Notes: generated by a model not told the origin, from the sequence alone. A stretch of DNA of 64,000 nucleotides from a virus (IMGVR_UViG_3300047172_000080:1-64000), one strand, 5' to 3'; positions 27,465-38,632 are shown, counted from the stretch's first letter. Numbers and translations are program-made.

Positions 27465-30164
27465 CTAATAAAGAGTTATAGTAAGTGGATAAGAAGGACT
27501 TGTTCCTGTTCCATTAGTAGCAGTAAGATTAACACTTGTCGATCCTGGCGAACCACTTGGAGTACCAGATATAACGGCACCCGAAAGAGATAATCCTGTA
27601 GGTAATGATCCACTGACGGCATAACTGGTGGGGGAATTTGAAGCTGTGATAGTGTAAGAGAAAGAAACACCAATATTTCCTACAGCTGTTGAAGCACTGG
27701 TAACAACAGGTGGAGAGTTACTTATATAGATAGTAAGAGTTAGCGTACCTGTGCCTGTTCCATTCGTAGCTCCAACTACAACAGTATATGGAGAACCTGA
27801 ATATGCTGTAGGAATACCTCTAATTAAGCCAGTACTAGTATTTAAAGATACACCAGGAGGAAAACTACCAGATACTAAAGAAAAAGAAGTTGGTGTAAGA
27901 GTAGCGGTAATTTGATATGCAAAAGCGTTTCCTAATGAACCTGAAGCAGTAGAAGCACTGGTAACAACAGGAGCATTTAAAGATACTGTTATATTGAATA
28001 AACCATGACCACTAGAGGCTGTGCTTGTACCAGCTATATTACTAGCTGTAGAACTCACTGTAAATGTACCTGTTTCGTTAGTCGTTCCATAAATAATACC
28101 ACGAGCAGAATCAAAATCCAAAGCAGTAGGATAGCCACTAGCTGTATAAGATGTAGGAAAACCTGTTGATACTAATTGATAAAAGAAAGGAAGTCCATAA
28201 TCAGCAGTTTGATTAGTTGTAGTTAATACAGGTATGGCTACAACTTGTAAATAAAGTGTAAATGGAGTGGAGATTCCTTCAGAATTAGAAACTAGCATTT
28301 CAATGCTATAAGTTCTATCCATTGTATCAGTTGACGTACCTAAGATATTATTTATCATGGAACCAATTGTAGAATTAGTAGTAGCCCACAATGGTAAAGT
28401 GGAAGATACAAAAGTGACAGTGGTAGGAGAACCTGTTCCTGTAACTTTATAAGTAAAAGCACTTCCAGCTGCAATTGTAAGAGAATCAGAAGAAGTAATA
28501 GTAGGAGGGCAATTAGCACTTGTTAGGCTAATAGTTTCGTCAATTAAGCTAATTGAGGGATTGTCTGTATCATCTCCTATTGCTACCACTTCTAATGTAT
28601 AACCGGCCCCACATGGAGCGAAATACGTATTTTCATAAGTAGCATACGTTTTACAAGTTAATGTACCTGAGTTAACCCCAAAAGTAATATTGTTATCATA
28701 TCTTATTTTTTCTGTGCCTGGAATTACAGTCAACCCACTAGAAGGAGTTAATGTTATTGCATAAGTAACTGTAAGTGTACTAGGATTTTCTATAACACAA
28801 ACAATAGATAAAAACGTACCATAATTTCCGAACTCATCCTGTCCTTCTGAAGTAGAGTAGATTAATTCTCCATTTGGTATATTAATTGTAGGAGCGATAT
28901 TTGTGTTATAATCAATGATAGCTTCATTCAATTCTTCAAATACACCCCAATCGCTAACTGTAAAATTTGAACCTGTTAAAGATATTGAAGGAAGGGAAGA
29001 AAGAGTTATCGTAGTAGAATTTGTAACTGCAATAATTTGAAAAGAATAGGTTAACAAAGTAGAAGCATCTGTAAAAGTAATAGTCTTACCTTCATGAAAA
29101 TACTTAATAAATCCTGCCGCAGAAGGATAAACCTCAGAGCCTGAATAAGTGGAAGTAAAACTAGTAGCGGTAAATGTAGTAGTACTTGTAGATAAATTAC
29201 CTACACCTGTAGTCTGGTAATTAGAATCCGCATATAAAAATAATTCCTGTAATCCATTAAATACACGATTTAAATATTTTGCAAAAGCATTCAAATTTTC
29301 AACAGGACATTTAGGAGTACAATTATTAGTAATTAAAAAACTATGACCAATTTGTAAAGCATCAAAAGTATCAGGAGTTTGATAAGGGATAGAAAATGGA
29401 TCATAATTACTTAATTCGGAACCATATATTATTAAATCACTTGCATTCAATAAAGACATTGAATAACAAGGACTTGGCACTAAATATAGATTTCCATACT
29501 GATTAGGAGATATACCGTTGATAGTATATACAAATTCCGTTGGAAATAAGTCCGTACAAGGATCAAATAACCCTGTTCCTAATCTCGCTCCTACGTCTAT
29601 AACCAGATTGTTATCATCATTATTTCCTATAGTATTAGCATCAAAACGCATAGCTACATTAGGATTACCATCATTATAAACTTCTACATATTCATCAGGA
29701 TAATTATTAGAGAAAATTAAATTTACAACTCTAGGCATTGGTTGAATAACCGCAGAATTTACCAATGCTGATTCATTATAAGCATAATCTTGATTAAACG
29801 AACTTGTTAATAAAGGTAAAAAACCAGGACCGAACACCATCTTTACACTGGAAACATCGGTAGATGTTGATAAGTATGGAGGATTTCCTGGAACTGTGTT
29901 GTCTACTATATCTGAAATAAAGAAAGCTACACTAAGAGCTGTACCCAAAGAAGGTGTAGAAAATAAAAACTGAGCTGTTCCAGCTATAGTATCGACGGTA
30001 ATATTAGATATAAAAACATCCTGAATCAAAGGATGGTAGGAATAAAAAATAATATCTCCAAACCAATTAGGTTGAATAGGTAAAGTAACGTTATCAACAT
30101 TACTTTCTTTAAATGGATAACGGTTAAGTAGATTATTATTGTAGTAATCTAGAAAATTAGGCAT
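27465..30164 (-). CDS. tail fibre/adhesin with putative Ig (He_PIG-like) repeats
   Basis: N-terminal DYYNNNLLNRYPF; ~4 C-terminal P.ITS....G..F.Y.ITA...PTS....LP.GLS....G.ISGTP repeats. Confidence 0.75.
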   Translation of the reverse strand: MPNFLDYYNNNLLNRYPFKESNVDNVTLPIQPNWFGDIIFYSYHPLIQDVFISNITVDTIAGTAQFLFSTPSLGTALSVAFFISDIVDNTVPGNPPYLSTSTDVSSVKMVFGPGFLPLLTSSFNQDYAYNESALVNSAVIQPMPRVVNLIFSNNYPDEYVEVYNDGNPNVAMRFDANTIGNNDDNNLVIDVGARLGTGLFDPCTDLFPTEFVYTINGISPNQYGNLYLVPSPCYSMSLLNASDLIIYGSELSNYDPFSIPYQTPDTFDALQIGHSFLITNNCTPKCPVENLNAFAKYLNRVFNGLQELFLYADSNYQTTGVGNLSTSTTTFTATSFTSTYSGSEVYPSAAGFIKYFHEGKTITFTDASTLLTYSFQIIAVTNSTTITLSSLPSISLTGSNFTVSDWGVFEELNEAIIDYNTNIAPTINIPNGELIYSTSEGQDEFGNYGTFLSIVCVIENPSTLTVTYAITLTPSSGLTVIPGTEKIRYDNNITFGVNSGTLTCKTYATYENTYFAPCGAGYTLEVVAIGDDTDNPSISLIDETISLTSANCPPTITSSDSLTIAAGSAFTYKVTGTGSPTTVTFVSSTLPLWATTNSTIGSMINNILGTSTDTMDRTYSIEMLVSNSEGISTPFTLYLQVVAIPVLTTTNQTADYGLPFFYQLVSTGFPTSYTASGYPTALDFDSARGIIYGTTNETGTFTVSSTASNIAGTSTASSGHGLFNITVSLNAPVVTSASTASGSLGNAFAYQITATLTPTSFSLVSGSFPPGVSLNTSTGLIRGIPTAYSGSPYTVVVGATNGTGTGTLTLTIYISNSPPVVTSASTAVGNIGVSFSYTITASNSPTSYAVSGSLPTGLSLSGAVISGTPSGSPGSTSVNLTATNGTGTSPSYPLTITLY

Positions 30165-30183
30165 CTGACACCTACTTTACCTG

Positions 30184-31080
30184 TTAAGTTGGACAGGCAC
30201 AACTACTATTAGCAATATTAGTAAATGCTGTAAGTTCTGTATTTAATTGATTTAAAAATGTCTTCAAATCATTACAACTTAGTTCTAACTGATTTACCCT
30301 TTGAGTTAACGAAGATAAGTCATCACAACCTGAACAAGGAGTACAGCAGCTATCTTCTAACTGTAATGTATATTGTGTATCTGTATTAATATTACTACAA
30401 CCTAAACCAATAAATGAAATATTACCCGTTAATGGATCGGGTTGCACACCGTTAATAGATTGAACAGGTACTAATGTAGTACATGAACTATTTAATCCTA
30501 ACCCATCTCCTGCATCCAGGATTAATAAATTATTAACTGAATCATAACTATATCGAAGATTATTTCTAGCTACAACATTTACACTTCCTGTAAGTGTCTG
30601 TGTATTACCCTTTGAATCAAGAAATGTAATTTGGTCTACACCTGTTGTTGATACATTTATAACTCTAGGTAGAAATTCAGTAGCATTAATTGAAAATAAA
30701 AATATACCTGATGTTAACGTTTGAATTGTATTTAATGAACCTATAGTGATTCTACCTGTCGAGCTTTGGTAATCTCCAGGAACAGTTTGAAGTAAGTAAT
30801 CACTATAATTGGAAAAATTTGTAACAGGGATAGTAAATGATCCTACTATTAGGTTATTACTATCAGAAATAGTAATTTCAAAATAAGAAATAGTACTCTC
30901 TATTTGAGAAATATAACAACTGATAGAAGGATCGGATGAAATACTTAATTGAATATCTACAATGAAATCATTGGGAATAGTAAATACCCCACTATTATCA
31001 ATTAGAGTTAAATCATCTCTAATTGGGTAATTTCTAAGAGAGTTTAAATTCTCCCATTGTAATGAATCAATGAATGGCAT
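30184..31080 (-). CDS. tail/baseplate structural protein (paralog family)
   Basis: QWENLNSLRNYPI; SINGVQPD; CCTPCSGC followed by coiled coil. Confidence 0.65.
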   Translation of the reverse strand: MPFIDSLQWENLNSLRNYPIRDDLTLIDNSGVFTIPNDFIVDIQLSISSDPSISCYISQIESTISYFEITISDSNNLIVGSFTIPVTNFSNYSDYLLQTVPGDYQSSTGRITIGSLNTIQTLTSGIFLFSINATEFLPRVINVSTTGVDQITFLDSKGNTQTLTGSVNVVARNNLRYSYDSVNNLLILDAGDGLGLNSSCTTLVPVQSINGVQPDPLTGNISFIGLGCSNINTDTQYTLQLEDSCCTPCSGCDDLSSLTQRVNQLELSCNDLKTFLNQLNTELTAFTNIANSSCACPT

Positions 31081-31090
31081 AACAAAAAGC

Positions 31091-33055
31091 CTAAATTAAC
31101 GACCAATAAATATCTAATATGCCAATATCATAATTATAAGGATTTGTAGGAGCAGTACTTTGTAATAGTTTAAAATTAATAATTGTATCTGGTCCTATAC
31201 TTGCCCCAGGAATTACTAGTAATGTTGGCTGAACTGCTAAAGGACTCAAAGCTGTATAATTTGCAGGAAAGGTAATAATTGCAGGTGCTAAAGTTGTAGT
31301 AGTAAATGTGGTTGAATTACTTATAGGTGGTCCTCCAGCAGTGCTAATAGCATATTGAAAAGAGAAACCGACATTCAAAGGTGTGCTCGTTGTATTAGTA
31401 AATCCAAAAACGTGAAGAACTAACTTTAATGACATATTTACGGGAAAAAGTTTAGGTAGTAAGATTTTACCAATTATTCCTGCTGGAGAAGGACTAGAAT
31501 ATTTTAAACGTATATAAGAATTTAGACCTAAAAATTCCAACGTAGAATTTACAGGGTCCAAGGAATCTAACGCTCCTACACTTCCTTGACCATTTTGTGT
31601 AATAACATAATTTCCATTAGTATCGTTTGTTAACGACAAACCTGAATTAGTTGGAGTTGTTAATGTAGAAACTATAGGGGCAGTTGTTAAAGTTAATTTA
31701 CCAGTCGCTTGACTAAAAGTAAGATTGACTATAGCGGTAGGATTAGCTGTACTGTCAACAGGAGTATCAAAATTAGTTGTAGTCTGTACAACAATATTTC
31801 CAGTACTGGCTGGTAATGAGAGATTATCCGCGTTAAGAAACTTAATCATATTAACTGTCCCATCATCATAGGCAGTTAAGCTAGAAACAATAACATCCTT
31901 TAAATTAGGATTAAACTTTGTAATCAATAATTGTATAATAGGGCGCTCTATATCAGAACTAACCACTGTAGGCCACATTGCAGGTGTCCATGAGCCACTT
32001 GCCAAATCTTCAGCCCAAGGCTGCGTAGGAGCGGTATTGGAATACCACCATAATCCATACTGATCAATTGAATAAATACCATTCTTTCCATTAACATCAG
32101 TTGAATTAACTTGAATCTGACTTACACCATTTGTAGTTAAAATAGATTGAGCTGCTGGATCAGGAGGTAATAAATTTAGTAATAAAGTAGCTTGCTGCTT
32201 TTCAAAAGTTGATAAACTACCCGCTCCAGAGTTATCTGCGTTATCGGTAGTAAATACGTTAGGAATGTTATAAAAAAATGTAGCTCCTGAGGGAATAGTA
32301 TATGATGTTGGTAAAACAGAAACAGGGACCCACCCTAATCTAGTTAAATCTGGAGATGTAATAGTCCATACACCACCTGTATTAACAGGTGTACCAGCTG
32401 GACGGTCTAAAACCTGAAGTTGAACTGAATAAAACAAAGCTGAAAACTGATCAACTTGAGGATTAAGAATAATTGTACTATCATCTATAGCGTAACCTAT
32501 ATAAACACTTAAACCAGAAGGAGTACCAGTCAATAAACCAGGAGTCTTAGAACTTAAAAATAAAGGACCAGGACTGAAAGTTTCTCTAACTCCTGTGCTG
32601 GAAATATCTAGTAAACCGTTAACTGGATCATCTAATGGAGAAGTTAAACTTAATAAACCTTCCATATACACATCAGCTGAAGTATTTGAAATATTTTGAG
32701 TAATCCCAAAACCGTAAGAAGATATATTAGGGCTATAAAAAGCAGTAGATAAAGAATTACCAAATTCGGAAAGTGCTCTCTTTATTCCTTTTTCACCTGT
32801 AATTAAATTGTTGTAATAATATACACACCATTGAGTTCCAGGAGTCATTACACCAGCTGTAATTTCAGAGGAACTTAAAGGAAGACCAGGAGCTACTAAA
32901 ACAGACTTATTTTGCAACTCTTGCAAAGTATTGTACAAATACTGATCATTCTGAGAAAGTTGGTCAAATACTGGATTAACAGACTGTGCTGAGACATCTT
33001 CTCCATTATTAAGAACAGTAACCTGAGATATCCAAGGAACGTTAGCATTGCTCAT
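31091..33055 (-). CDS. baseplate/tail structural protein
   Basis: N-terminal NGEDVSA..VN.V..QL..ND.YL fibre-attachment-like motif; position. Confidence 0.6.
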   Translation of the reverse strand: MSNANVPWISQVTVLNNGEDVSAQSVNPVFDQLSQNDQYLYNTLQELQNKSVLVAPGLPLSSSEITAGVMTPGTQWCVYYYNNLITGEKGIKRALSEFGNSLSTAFYSPNISSYGFGITQNISNTSADVYMEGLLSLTSPLDDPVNGLLDISSTGVRETFSPGPLFLSSKTPGLLTGTPSGLSVYIGYAIDDSTIILNPQVDQFSALFYSVQLQVLDRPAGTPVNTGGVWTITSPDLTRLGWVPVSVLPTSYTIPSGATFFYNIPNVFTTDNADNSGAGSLSTFEKQQATLLLNLLPPDPAAQSILTTNGVSQIQVNSTDVNGKNGIYSIDQYGLWWYSNTAPTQPWAEDLASGSWTPAMWPTVVSSDIERPIIQLLITKFNPNLKDVIVSSLTAYDDGTVNMIKFLNADNLSLPASTGNIVVQTTTNFDTPVDSTANPTAIVNLTFSQATGKLTLTTAPIVSTLTTPTNSGLSLTNDTNGNYVITQNGQGSVGALDSLDPVNSTLEFLGLNSYIRLKYSSPSPAGIIGKILLPKLFPVNMSLKLVLHVFGFTNTTSTPLNVGFSFQYAISTAGGPPISNSTTFTTTTLAPAIITFPANYTALSPLAVQPTLLVIPGASIGPDTIINFKLLQSTAPTNPYNYDIGILDIYWSLI

Positions 33056-33058
33056 ATA

Positions 33059-33658
33059 TTAAGATAAAAATTGGATGCCCCATGTGAAGGTCAGGGCGTA
33101 ATTATTATTCCAAGTAACAGGATTAAAGTTTACGCGACTAAACACTAAGTCTGTTGAGGCATTGGTAGGATTAGGTTGTGCTACTAATGCAATTTCGTAA
33201 ATATTAGAAACTCCATTAGTAAAAGCTGCTCCTCCGAACGCAGTAGCTGATGAAATCTGTGTAGTATAGAAAGATGTATTATCTATATAACCAGCTCCAC
33301 TAGGAGAATAAGAAGGAGCAAAGCTTAAAGCTTGCCTCAAATAACCAAAAGGCGGAGTAAAAGAACTAAATGGTACAGAGTAATTAACATCTATGACAGG
33401 AGGGGTAAAGCTAGAAGTATTATTATAACCTATATAGAAACCAGAAATATTATACCCAGGTTTTCCTGATAAGGCATAACTCAACGCCTGTGCTCCCATA
33501 TTCAGCACTAAATTTCTTTTATCGACCAAGAGTTCAGTAACACCAGTTTCTTTATGAGTTCTAAAGATCTTAACAAACCCTTGAATCATGTCGTTTAAAT
33601 TACCTTTAATAAGACCATCAATAGCAAAATTATGATTATGGAGATAAGGTTCGTTCAT
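33059..33658 (-). CDS. baseplate protein
   Basis: DKRNLV...G...L, IYEIALV, LVFSR, TFTWGIQF pattern of baseplate periphery proteins. Confidence 0.65.
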   Translation of the reverse strand: MNEPYLHNHNFAIDGLIKGNLNDMIQGFVKIFRTHKETGVTELLVDKRNLVLNMGAQALSYALSGKPGYNISGFYIGYNNTSSFTPPVIDVNYSVPFSSFTPPFGYLRQALSFAPSYSPSGAGYIDNTSFYTTQISSATAFGGAAFTNGVSNIYEIALVAQPNPTNASTDLVFSRVNFNPVTWNNNYALTFTWGIQFLS

Positions 33659-33659
33659 G

Positions 33660-35468
33660 TTAAGGGCTAAAGTCTATTAATTTAATATGTGGGACTGTTT
33701 GAGACGTTGCTCCAGAGTTGGGTATAGTTGTAAACAACTTACCTGCAACGCATTTAGCACCGCCTGTATATACTGTACCATTCAGCCCTATTTTTACAAG
33801 ATTATAAGAATTTGTTAAGGGTCCAAAACTATTTAGTGGACTATGACCAATGGAAAACAATCTCTTTAAAGCGTTTGTATAAGAATAAGGAGAATCAGGA
33901 GAAATATAACCATTAGAATCAGAACCATCACAATTCAAACCTGTACCTACTCCAGCTATAGATAAACAGTTATTTAAATTATCATATATTTCGGTATTAA
34001 CACTTACGTTAATAACCATCATAAAATAAACATGTTTTGGAAGATAACCTTTTATATCATCAAACAAATTAAAAAATGTAGAAGTCTGATCAGGAGACGC
34101 AAAGTTTAAAACAAAACAAGCAGAGTTATTTTTTAAAAAATTATGAAATATAAAATCTAAAGGATTAAGAGGATAGGCTACTAAATTAGAAGCAGGATTA
34201 GAACTACTAGTCAAACCTAGAGCTTTAATAATAGCTGCTTTGTTAACTGGTTCATTAATATAATTTTCAAAAGTTAAAACATCAGCAGGAGAACCTTCTA
34301 CAGGAAAATTTAAAACACCAGCAGGGTTAAGTGTAATTAACTGTAAAGAGTTAGGAAAAAACAACTGGCTCTGATAATTACCCAAAAACAAATAAGAACT
34401 AAAAGGTACTAAGGCATTATTAGAAAAAGCAGTTTTCCACCAATCTTTCTGAGAAACAGTATCATAATAAGTAAGTAAACTTACAAATGTATCCCCTGCA
34501 TAAAAAATCGCTCCAGGAATAACTGATGGGTTGATAACAGAATCTAAATCAAACAAATAACTATTTTTATCTGTCACGACAACGTTGTTATATTCATTAA
34601 CAGCTACATATTGTACAACTTCTTGAGGTTCAATAACAGGAACTACACCTCCTATATATGCCATGAGACTTTTTAAAGCTAGTATGTTACAACCTCCTAC
34701 AGCAATGTTAAAAAACCTTTTAAGGATATCTTTATAATTTTCAGACGAGGGTAAGTTGATATTAAATATTTGTCCGAAATTTTTATACAAATTTTGAATA
34801 TCAATCTTAACATTATACACCCATAAAAATAATAGTTGATCTTGTTGGGTTACCCCATTTTCATCAACATATGTAACAGGAACTCCTGTATCACCAATAA
34901 TATCGATAATTGTATTTTTAGGATTATCAAATGGATTCTTGTTAAAATACAAAACATTGTCATTCAAAGTAACATCTACACCAGCTATATAAAATACTGA
35001 AGGGTTGAATACTTGGTTTGTAACTAATGAAAATGAACCTATTGTAAAATTAGGAGTAATGGAATAAACAAACTGAGATGTCGATTTAGGAAATCCAAAC
35101 TGAAACACTTGATTAGCGTATAAAGGATCAGTAGTTGGTTGAGGACCAAAGACTGCTCCATTTTGTTCAAAAATAAAAGGGCTTTTGTTTAATAAAGATT
35201 TTTGAATAGTAAGAGGTTGCCAAATCTGTTTATGATAAACAGGGATATCTTTTACACCATAGCAATAAACAGCTTCAGTTAAGTCCTGATAAGCTTGAAG
35301 TAATTCTTCTGCTCTACCGATAGTAAGTCCTTTAATAGTGCCTTGTTCAGAAAATATCTGATTCCAAAAACTACCTAAACTCTGCTGTAAGAAATTAGGG
35401 TTAGTAGGCTCTCCTGTAAAAGGATAAGACGTACTAGGACTAGTAGGAAAATCTAAATTGAGAGCCAT
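33660..35468 (-). CDS. baseplate wedge protein
   Basis: follows the baseplate J-like gene; LGSFW and LPKHV motifs. Confidence 0.6.
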   Translation of the reverse strand: MALNLDFPTSPSTSYPFTGEPTNPNFLQQSLGSFWNQIFSEQGTIKGLTIGRAEELLQAYQDLTEAVYCYGVKDIPVYHKQIWQPLTIQKSLLNKSPFIFEQNGAVFGPQPTTDPLYANQVFQFGFPKSTSQFVYSITPNFTIGSFSLVTNQVFNPSVFYIAGVDVTLNDNVLYFNKNPFDNPKNTIIDIIGDTGVPVTYVDENGVTQQDQLLFLWVYNVKIDIQNLYKNFGQIFNINLPSSENYKDILKRFFNIAVGGCNILALKSLMAYIGGVVPVIEPQEVVQYVAVNEYNNVVVTDKNSYLFDLDSVINPSVIPGAIFYAGDTFVSLLTYYDTVSQKDWWKTAFSNNALVPFSSYLFLGNYQSQLFFPNSLQLITLNPAGVLNFPVEGSPADVLTFENYINEPVNKAAIIKALGLTSSSNPASNLVAYPLNPLDFIFHNFLKNNSACFVLNFASPDQTSTFFNLFDDIKGYLPKHVYFMMVINVSVNTEIYDNLNNCLSIAGVGTGLNCDGSDSNGYISPDSPYSYTNALKRLFSIGHSPLNSFGPLTNSYNLVKIGLNGTVYTGGAKCVAGKLFTTIPNSGATSQTVPHIKLIDFSP

Positions 35469-37090
35469 TAGAGTAGATTAATAACAATGTTATTTGAAGG
35501 TGTAACATTTCCAGTACTAGAATTAAAGTAGTCTATAAAGAAATTAGTAGTGTTAGGTGTAATACCTGCACTTAATATAGAAGGTATAATTAATTCATTT
35601 TCACTTGTAATTATATTAGTACTACCATCTAATCCATAAATATTACCAGTCATATTAATTGGAAATTGTACATAACCAATAGGATACTTATAGCAAAGAT
35701 TAGTAATAGCCGAAGCAGTTAGAGCTTGTCCAAAATCTAATGTATTAATGTAGTTAAAAATATCTTGTTGTAAATTAGGTATACCAACTGATGCAACTGT
35801 ATCGGTTATATTTTTTCGAACAATATTTATATTCAGATTAACAAAACAAGGAACAACTGCCTTGATTAAATAATCCGCAGCAGGAAATCTAGTACCATCA
35901 TTTAAAAATACTTGCTGAATGGGTAAGATATTAGGTTGATAAAAGAAGGTAAAATCAAAATCTAAATTTGCACCAATGGCTAAAGACGGATTTTCAGTAT
36001 ATTGAAAAGTTACTGTAGCAACTTGATAAGCTGAGAAACGTGCATCACTAACTGTTCCGATTTGACTGTTACGTGTAGTGTTAATTTGACTATACCCAAA
36101 TTCGACACTATTAATAATTAATGTTCCTACGGTATTAATTACATTATTTACAGGTGTAGGAAGAATTCCTTTAATATAATAAAATCCTGGACAATCAGAA
36201 GTAAGAAGATTAACCTGCCATACTCCTGCAGCTATCTTAGTTCCTGCTTTAGTAACTGTAAGAGTAGAAGGACCTACGCTCGTTCTTACATATACATCGG
36301 CCATTCCAGCTGTAGAAAAACCAAATACATTTTCCTTACAACGAACCATTTCTGCGTCATTTGCCCCAATAACATGAACAGCTTGAAAACCTGGAAAATT
36401 ATTAGATAAATAATTATCAATTGAATTCTGTGATGTTAGATTATTATTAGTTAGAGCGACTTGAAATCTAGGAATTAACGCTTGATCTGTTTCTTCAGGT
36501 AAACCAGAAGAAAAATTTCCATATGCGGCTAATGAGACAACGTTAGGATTTGTAAAATTACTCCCTAACGTAAATTGAGTCTGATCAGAAACTTGATATT
36601 GGGAACCTACAGTAGAAGCTTGAATAGGTAAAATTATATAGTAGTTATTACCTTGTGTGTAAATAGGAAGATAATTATTAGTCGTACTTGAGTTTACAGA
36701 AAATGTGTAGTCTTGAGTTGTATTATAAATTAAACCTAAGGTGGATTGTACAAATTGAGCACTCTTAGGAACTTTAATATTTTGATTATTAGATAAAATA
36801 ATTTTTAAATTACCGGCAGCAATTGTACCCGCTATACGAGTGGTATTATAATTTGAAGCTACCTCATCAATAGCTGGTGTAATTGTAGGAGTAGGAGAAG
36901 CTAAAGCTGTTTGGACTGAATTAGTCTGTTCATAAGTTTGAATATCATTATAAATAGAATTATCTAAGGTAGCAGATAATTTAATTACAAGTTCAGATAA
37001 TGCAGAACCTGGACTAAGATCCGCTGTAGGATTAACCCCTTGTATAAAAGTAGTTAATCTAGATATAGTATCAGTAATTGTTTCAGCCAT
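35468..37090 (-). CDS. baseplate J / gp6-like wedge protein
   Basis: DLSPGS...EL, GLPEETDQAL..R, G.ADVYV. Confidence 0.8.
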   Translation of the reverse strand: MAETITDTISRLTTFIQGVNPTADLSPGSALSELVIKLSATLDNSIYNDIQTYEQTNSVQTALASPTPTITPAIDEVASNYNTTRIAGTIAAGNLKIILSNNQNIKVPKSAQFVQSTLGLIYNTTQDYTFSVNSSTTNNYLPIYTQGNNYYIILPIQASTVGSQYQVSDQTQFTLGSNFTNPNVVSLAAYGNFSSGLPEETDQALIPRFQVALTNNNLTSQNSIDNYLSNNFPGFQAVHVIGANDAEMVRCKENVFGFSTAGMADVYVRTSVGPSTLTVTKAGTKIAAGVWQVNLLTSDCPGFYYIKGILPTPVNNVINTVGTLIINSVEFGYSQINTTRNSQIGTVSDARFSAYQVATVTFQYTENPSLAIGANLDFDFTFFYQPNILPIQQVFLNDGTRFPAADYLIKAVVPCFVNLNINIVRKNITDTVASVGIPNLQQDIFNYINTLDFGQALTASAITNLCYKYPIGYVQFPINMTGNIYGLDGSTNIITSENELIIPSILSAGITPNTTNFFIDYFNSSTGNVTPSNNIVINLL

Positions 37091-37092
37091 AA

Positions 37093-37572
37093 TTAGTTAA
37101 GAGGTACAGGTAAAATAAAAACAACACTATCTCCTGCTATAGACGTAATAGCAATTGATAAGTTTAGAGTAGAGCCAGTTACAGAAAAAGAACTCATAGT
37201 AGCTGATTTTAACTGTTCATCAGCAGGAATAGAAGGATTATTACTTTGATAGCCTCGAAAAACCGCTAAAACATCTAAATTAGCAAAATTAAATAAATGG
37301 AGAACATTTAATCTGGTTAAATTAGATCTATTTTGCAAATCTAATAAAAACTCAGTACCAAAATCAGAAGTATTAATTTGCGACCCTACTTTTGTCAGAA
37401 ACATAATAGCATACTTCTGAACTAACTTATTAATACCTGCAATATATTGAGAAGGATTACCAAATTCAACAGTTACAGGTATTTGAGTATTAGGAATATA
37501 AGCTGCTACCTTTAAGATATTTATATCTATAAGACGTTCACTATAATCTGTACTAAAACTTGTAATAGCCAT
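37093..37572 (-). CDS. gp25-like baseplate wedge/sheath initiator
   Basis: GINKLVQK...FLT..GS....FGT.F; DEQL; precedes the J-like gene. Confidence 0.7.
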   Translation of the reverse strand: MAITSFSTDYSERLIDINILKVAAYIPNTQIPVTVEFGNPSQYIAGINKLVQKYAIMFLTKVGSQINTSDFGTEFLLDLQNRSNLTRLNVLHLFNFANLDVLAVFRGYQSNNPSIPADEQLKSATMSSFSVTGSTLNLSIAITSIAGDSVVFILPVPLN

Positions 37573-37994
37573 TATGTATTCTGTGTAGATACCACTTGAT
37601 CAAGATAAGTAAAAGCACTGTAACTTTGCTGAACAGCTAACATATTTCGATAAGCTTTTTGACTTAAATCATCCCTATAATATTGTAATCTAGTTTTATG
37701 TCTAGCTACGAAGCATTTTTGAAAAGAATAAAGCGTAGAAAGTTGAATTTTTAAAGTATGTATACCTTGCTTCTGATCTGCATTTTGAACCTGAAGTCTT
37801 TGACTAATTTGATCATTAATACTTGAGCGATCTGTAACTGTTCTTAGATTAGCTAAAGTTAAATCTTTAGTATAACCTATTTGGTTAGCAACCCATTTCC
37901 TACCTGTACTATCTCCATTTAAACGGTCTACAGGAATGCCTAAAATAAACCATTTAATTAAGCTATTCAAATAATCTGTTATATTTTTAAACAT
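37572..37994 (-). CDS. hypothetical protein
   Basis: ORF in tail operon. Confidence 0.6.
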   Translation of the reverse strand: MFKNITDYLNSLIKWFILGIPVDRLNGDSTGRKWVANQIGYTKDLTLANLRTVTDRSSINDQISQRLQVQNADQKQGIHTLKIQLSTLYSFQKCFVARHKTRLQYYRDDLSQKAYRNMLAVQQSYSAFTYLDQVVSTQNT

Positions 37995-37995
37995 A

Positions 37996-38631
37996 TTAGT
38001 TTTTCCACCCTTCTTGTATCTTATCAGTAATAAATTTAATTCTCGAACTTAAAGTAGATTGAGAAATCCCTAATTGTTTTGCTAATTTATCATTATCTAA
38101 GACAGTCTTACCTCCAAAACCTGTTCGATGCTCTAGAATTAGTTTATCTCTAGGGGATAAATCGTGATGTACAAAATGCACCCATTCATCATTCTCTCCT
38201 TCTATAAACACAGGAGTATCCATCATATTTGCAACATTCACTGTTTGTTTACGATTTTCCAATACTGTATTAACCTGATGCACACCTAATTTTGTATAAT
38301 CAGCTATTTCATCTAAAGTAGCTTCCCTACCTAATTCAGCTTCTAATATTTTTTCAGCTTTATTAATCTTATTAAGCATAAACTGCTGATTTTCAGGAAG
38401 TCGTACAGATTGCCCATATTGGGTAGGTAATCTTGATAATTTCTTTAAAGAATTAGTTAAATGCGTAGAAAACTTACCAATAGAGGGGTCGTAAGATTTA
38501 GCAGCTTCATTAGCTATCTTAAAAGCTTCTATTTTTACAGCAGATAATGGAAGATTAGTAGCATGTTTTCTAGCTTCATGAAGAATCAGCTTCTTATGTT
38601 CATCTAATAATTTTTGTTGGTCCTTAGTCAT
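37996..38631 (-). CDS. phage-encoded sigma70-family sigma factor
   Basis: YDPS.GKFSTH (region 2), VRLP, ELGREATLDEIA (region 3), LSPRDKLIL...LAKQLGISQ (region 4 HTH). Confidence 0.88.
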   Translation of the reverse strand: MTKDQQKLLDEHKKLILHEARKHATNLPLSAVKIEAFKIANEAAKSYDPSIGKFSTHLTNSLKKLSRLPTQYGQSVRLPENQQFMLNKINKAEKILEAELGREATLDEIADYTKLGVHQVNTVLENRKQTVNVANMMDTPVFIEGENDEWVHFVHHDLSPRDKLILEHRTGFGGKTVLDNDKLAKQLGISQSTLSSRIKFITDKIQEGWKN

Positions 38632-38632
38632 A

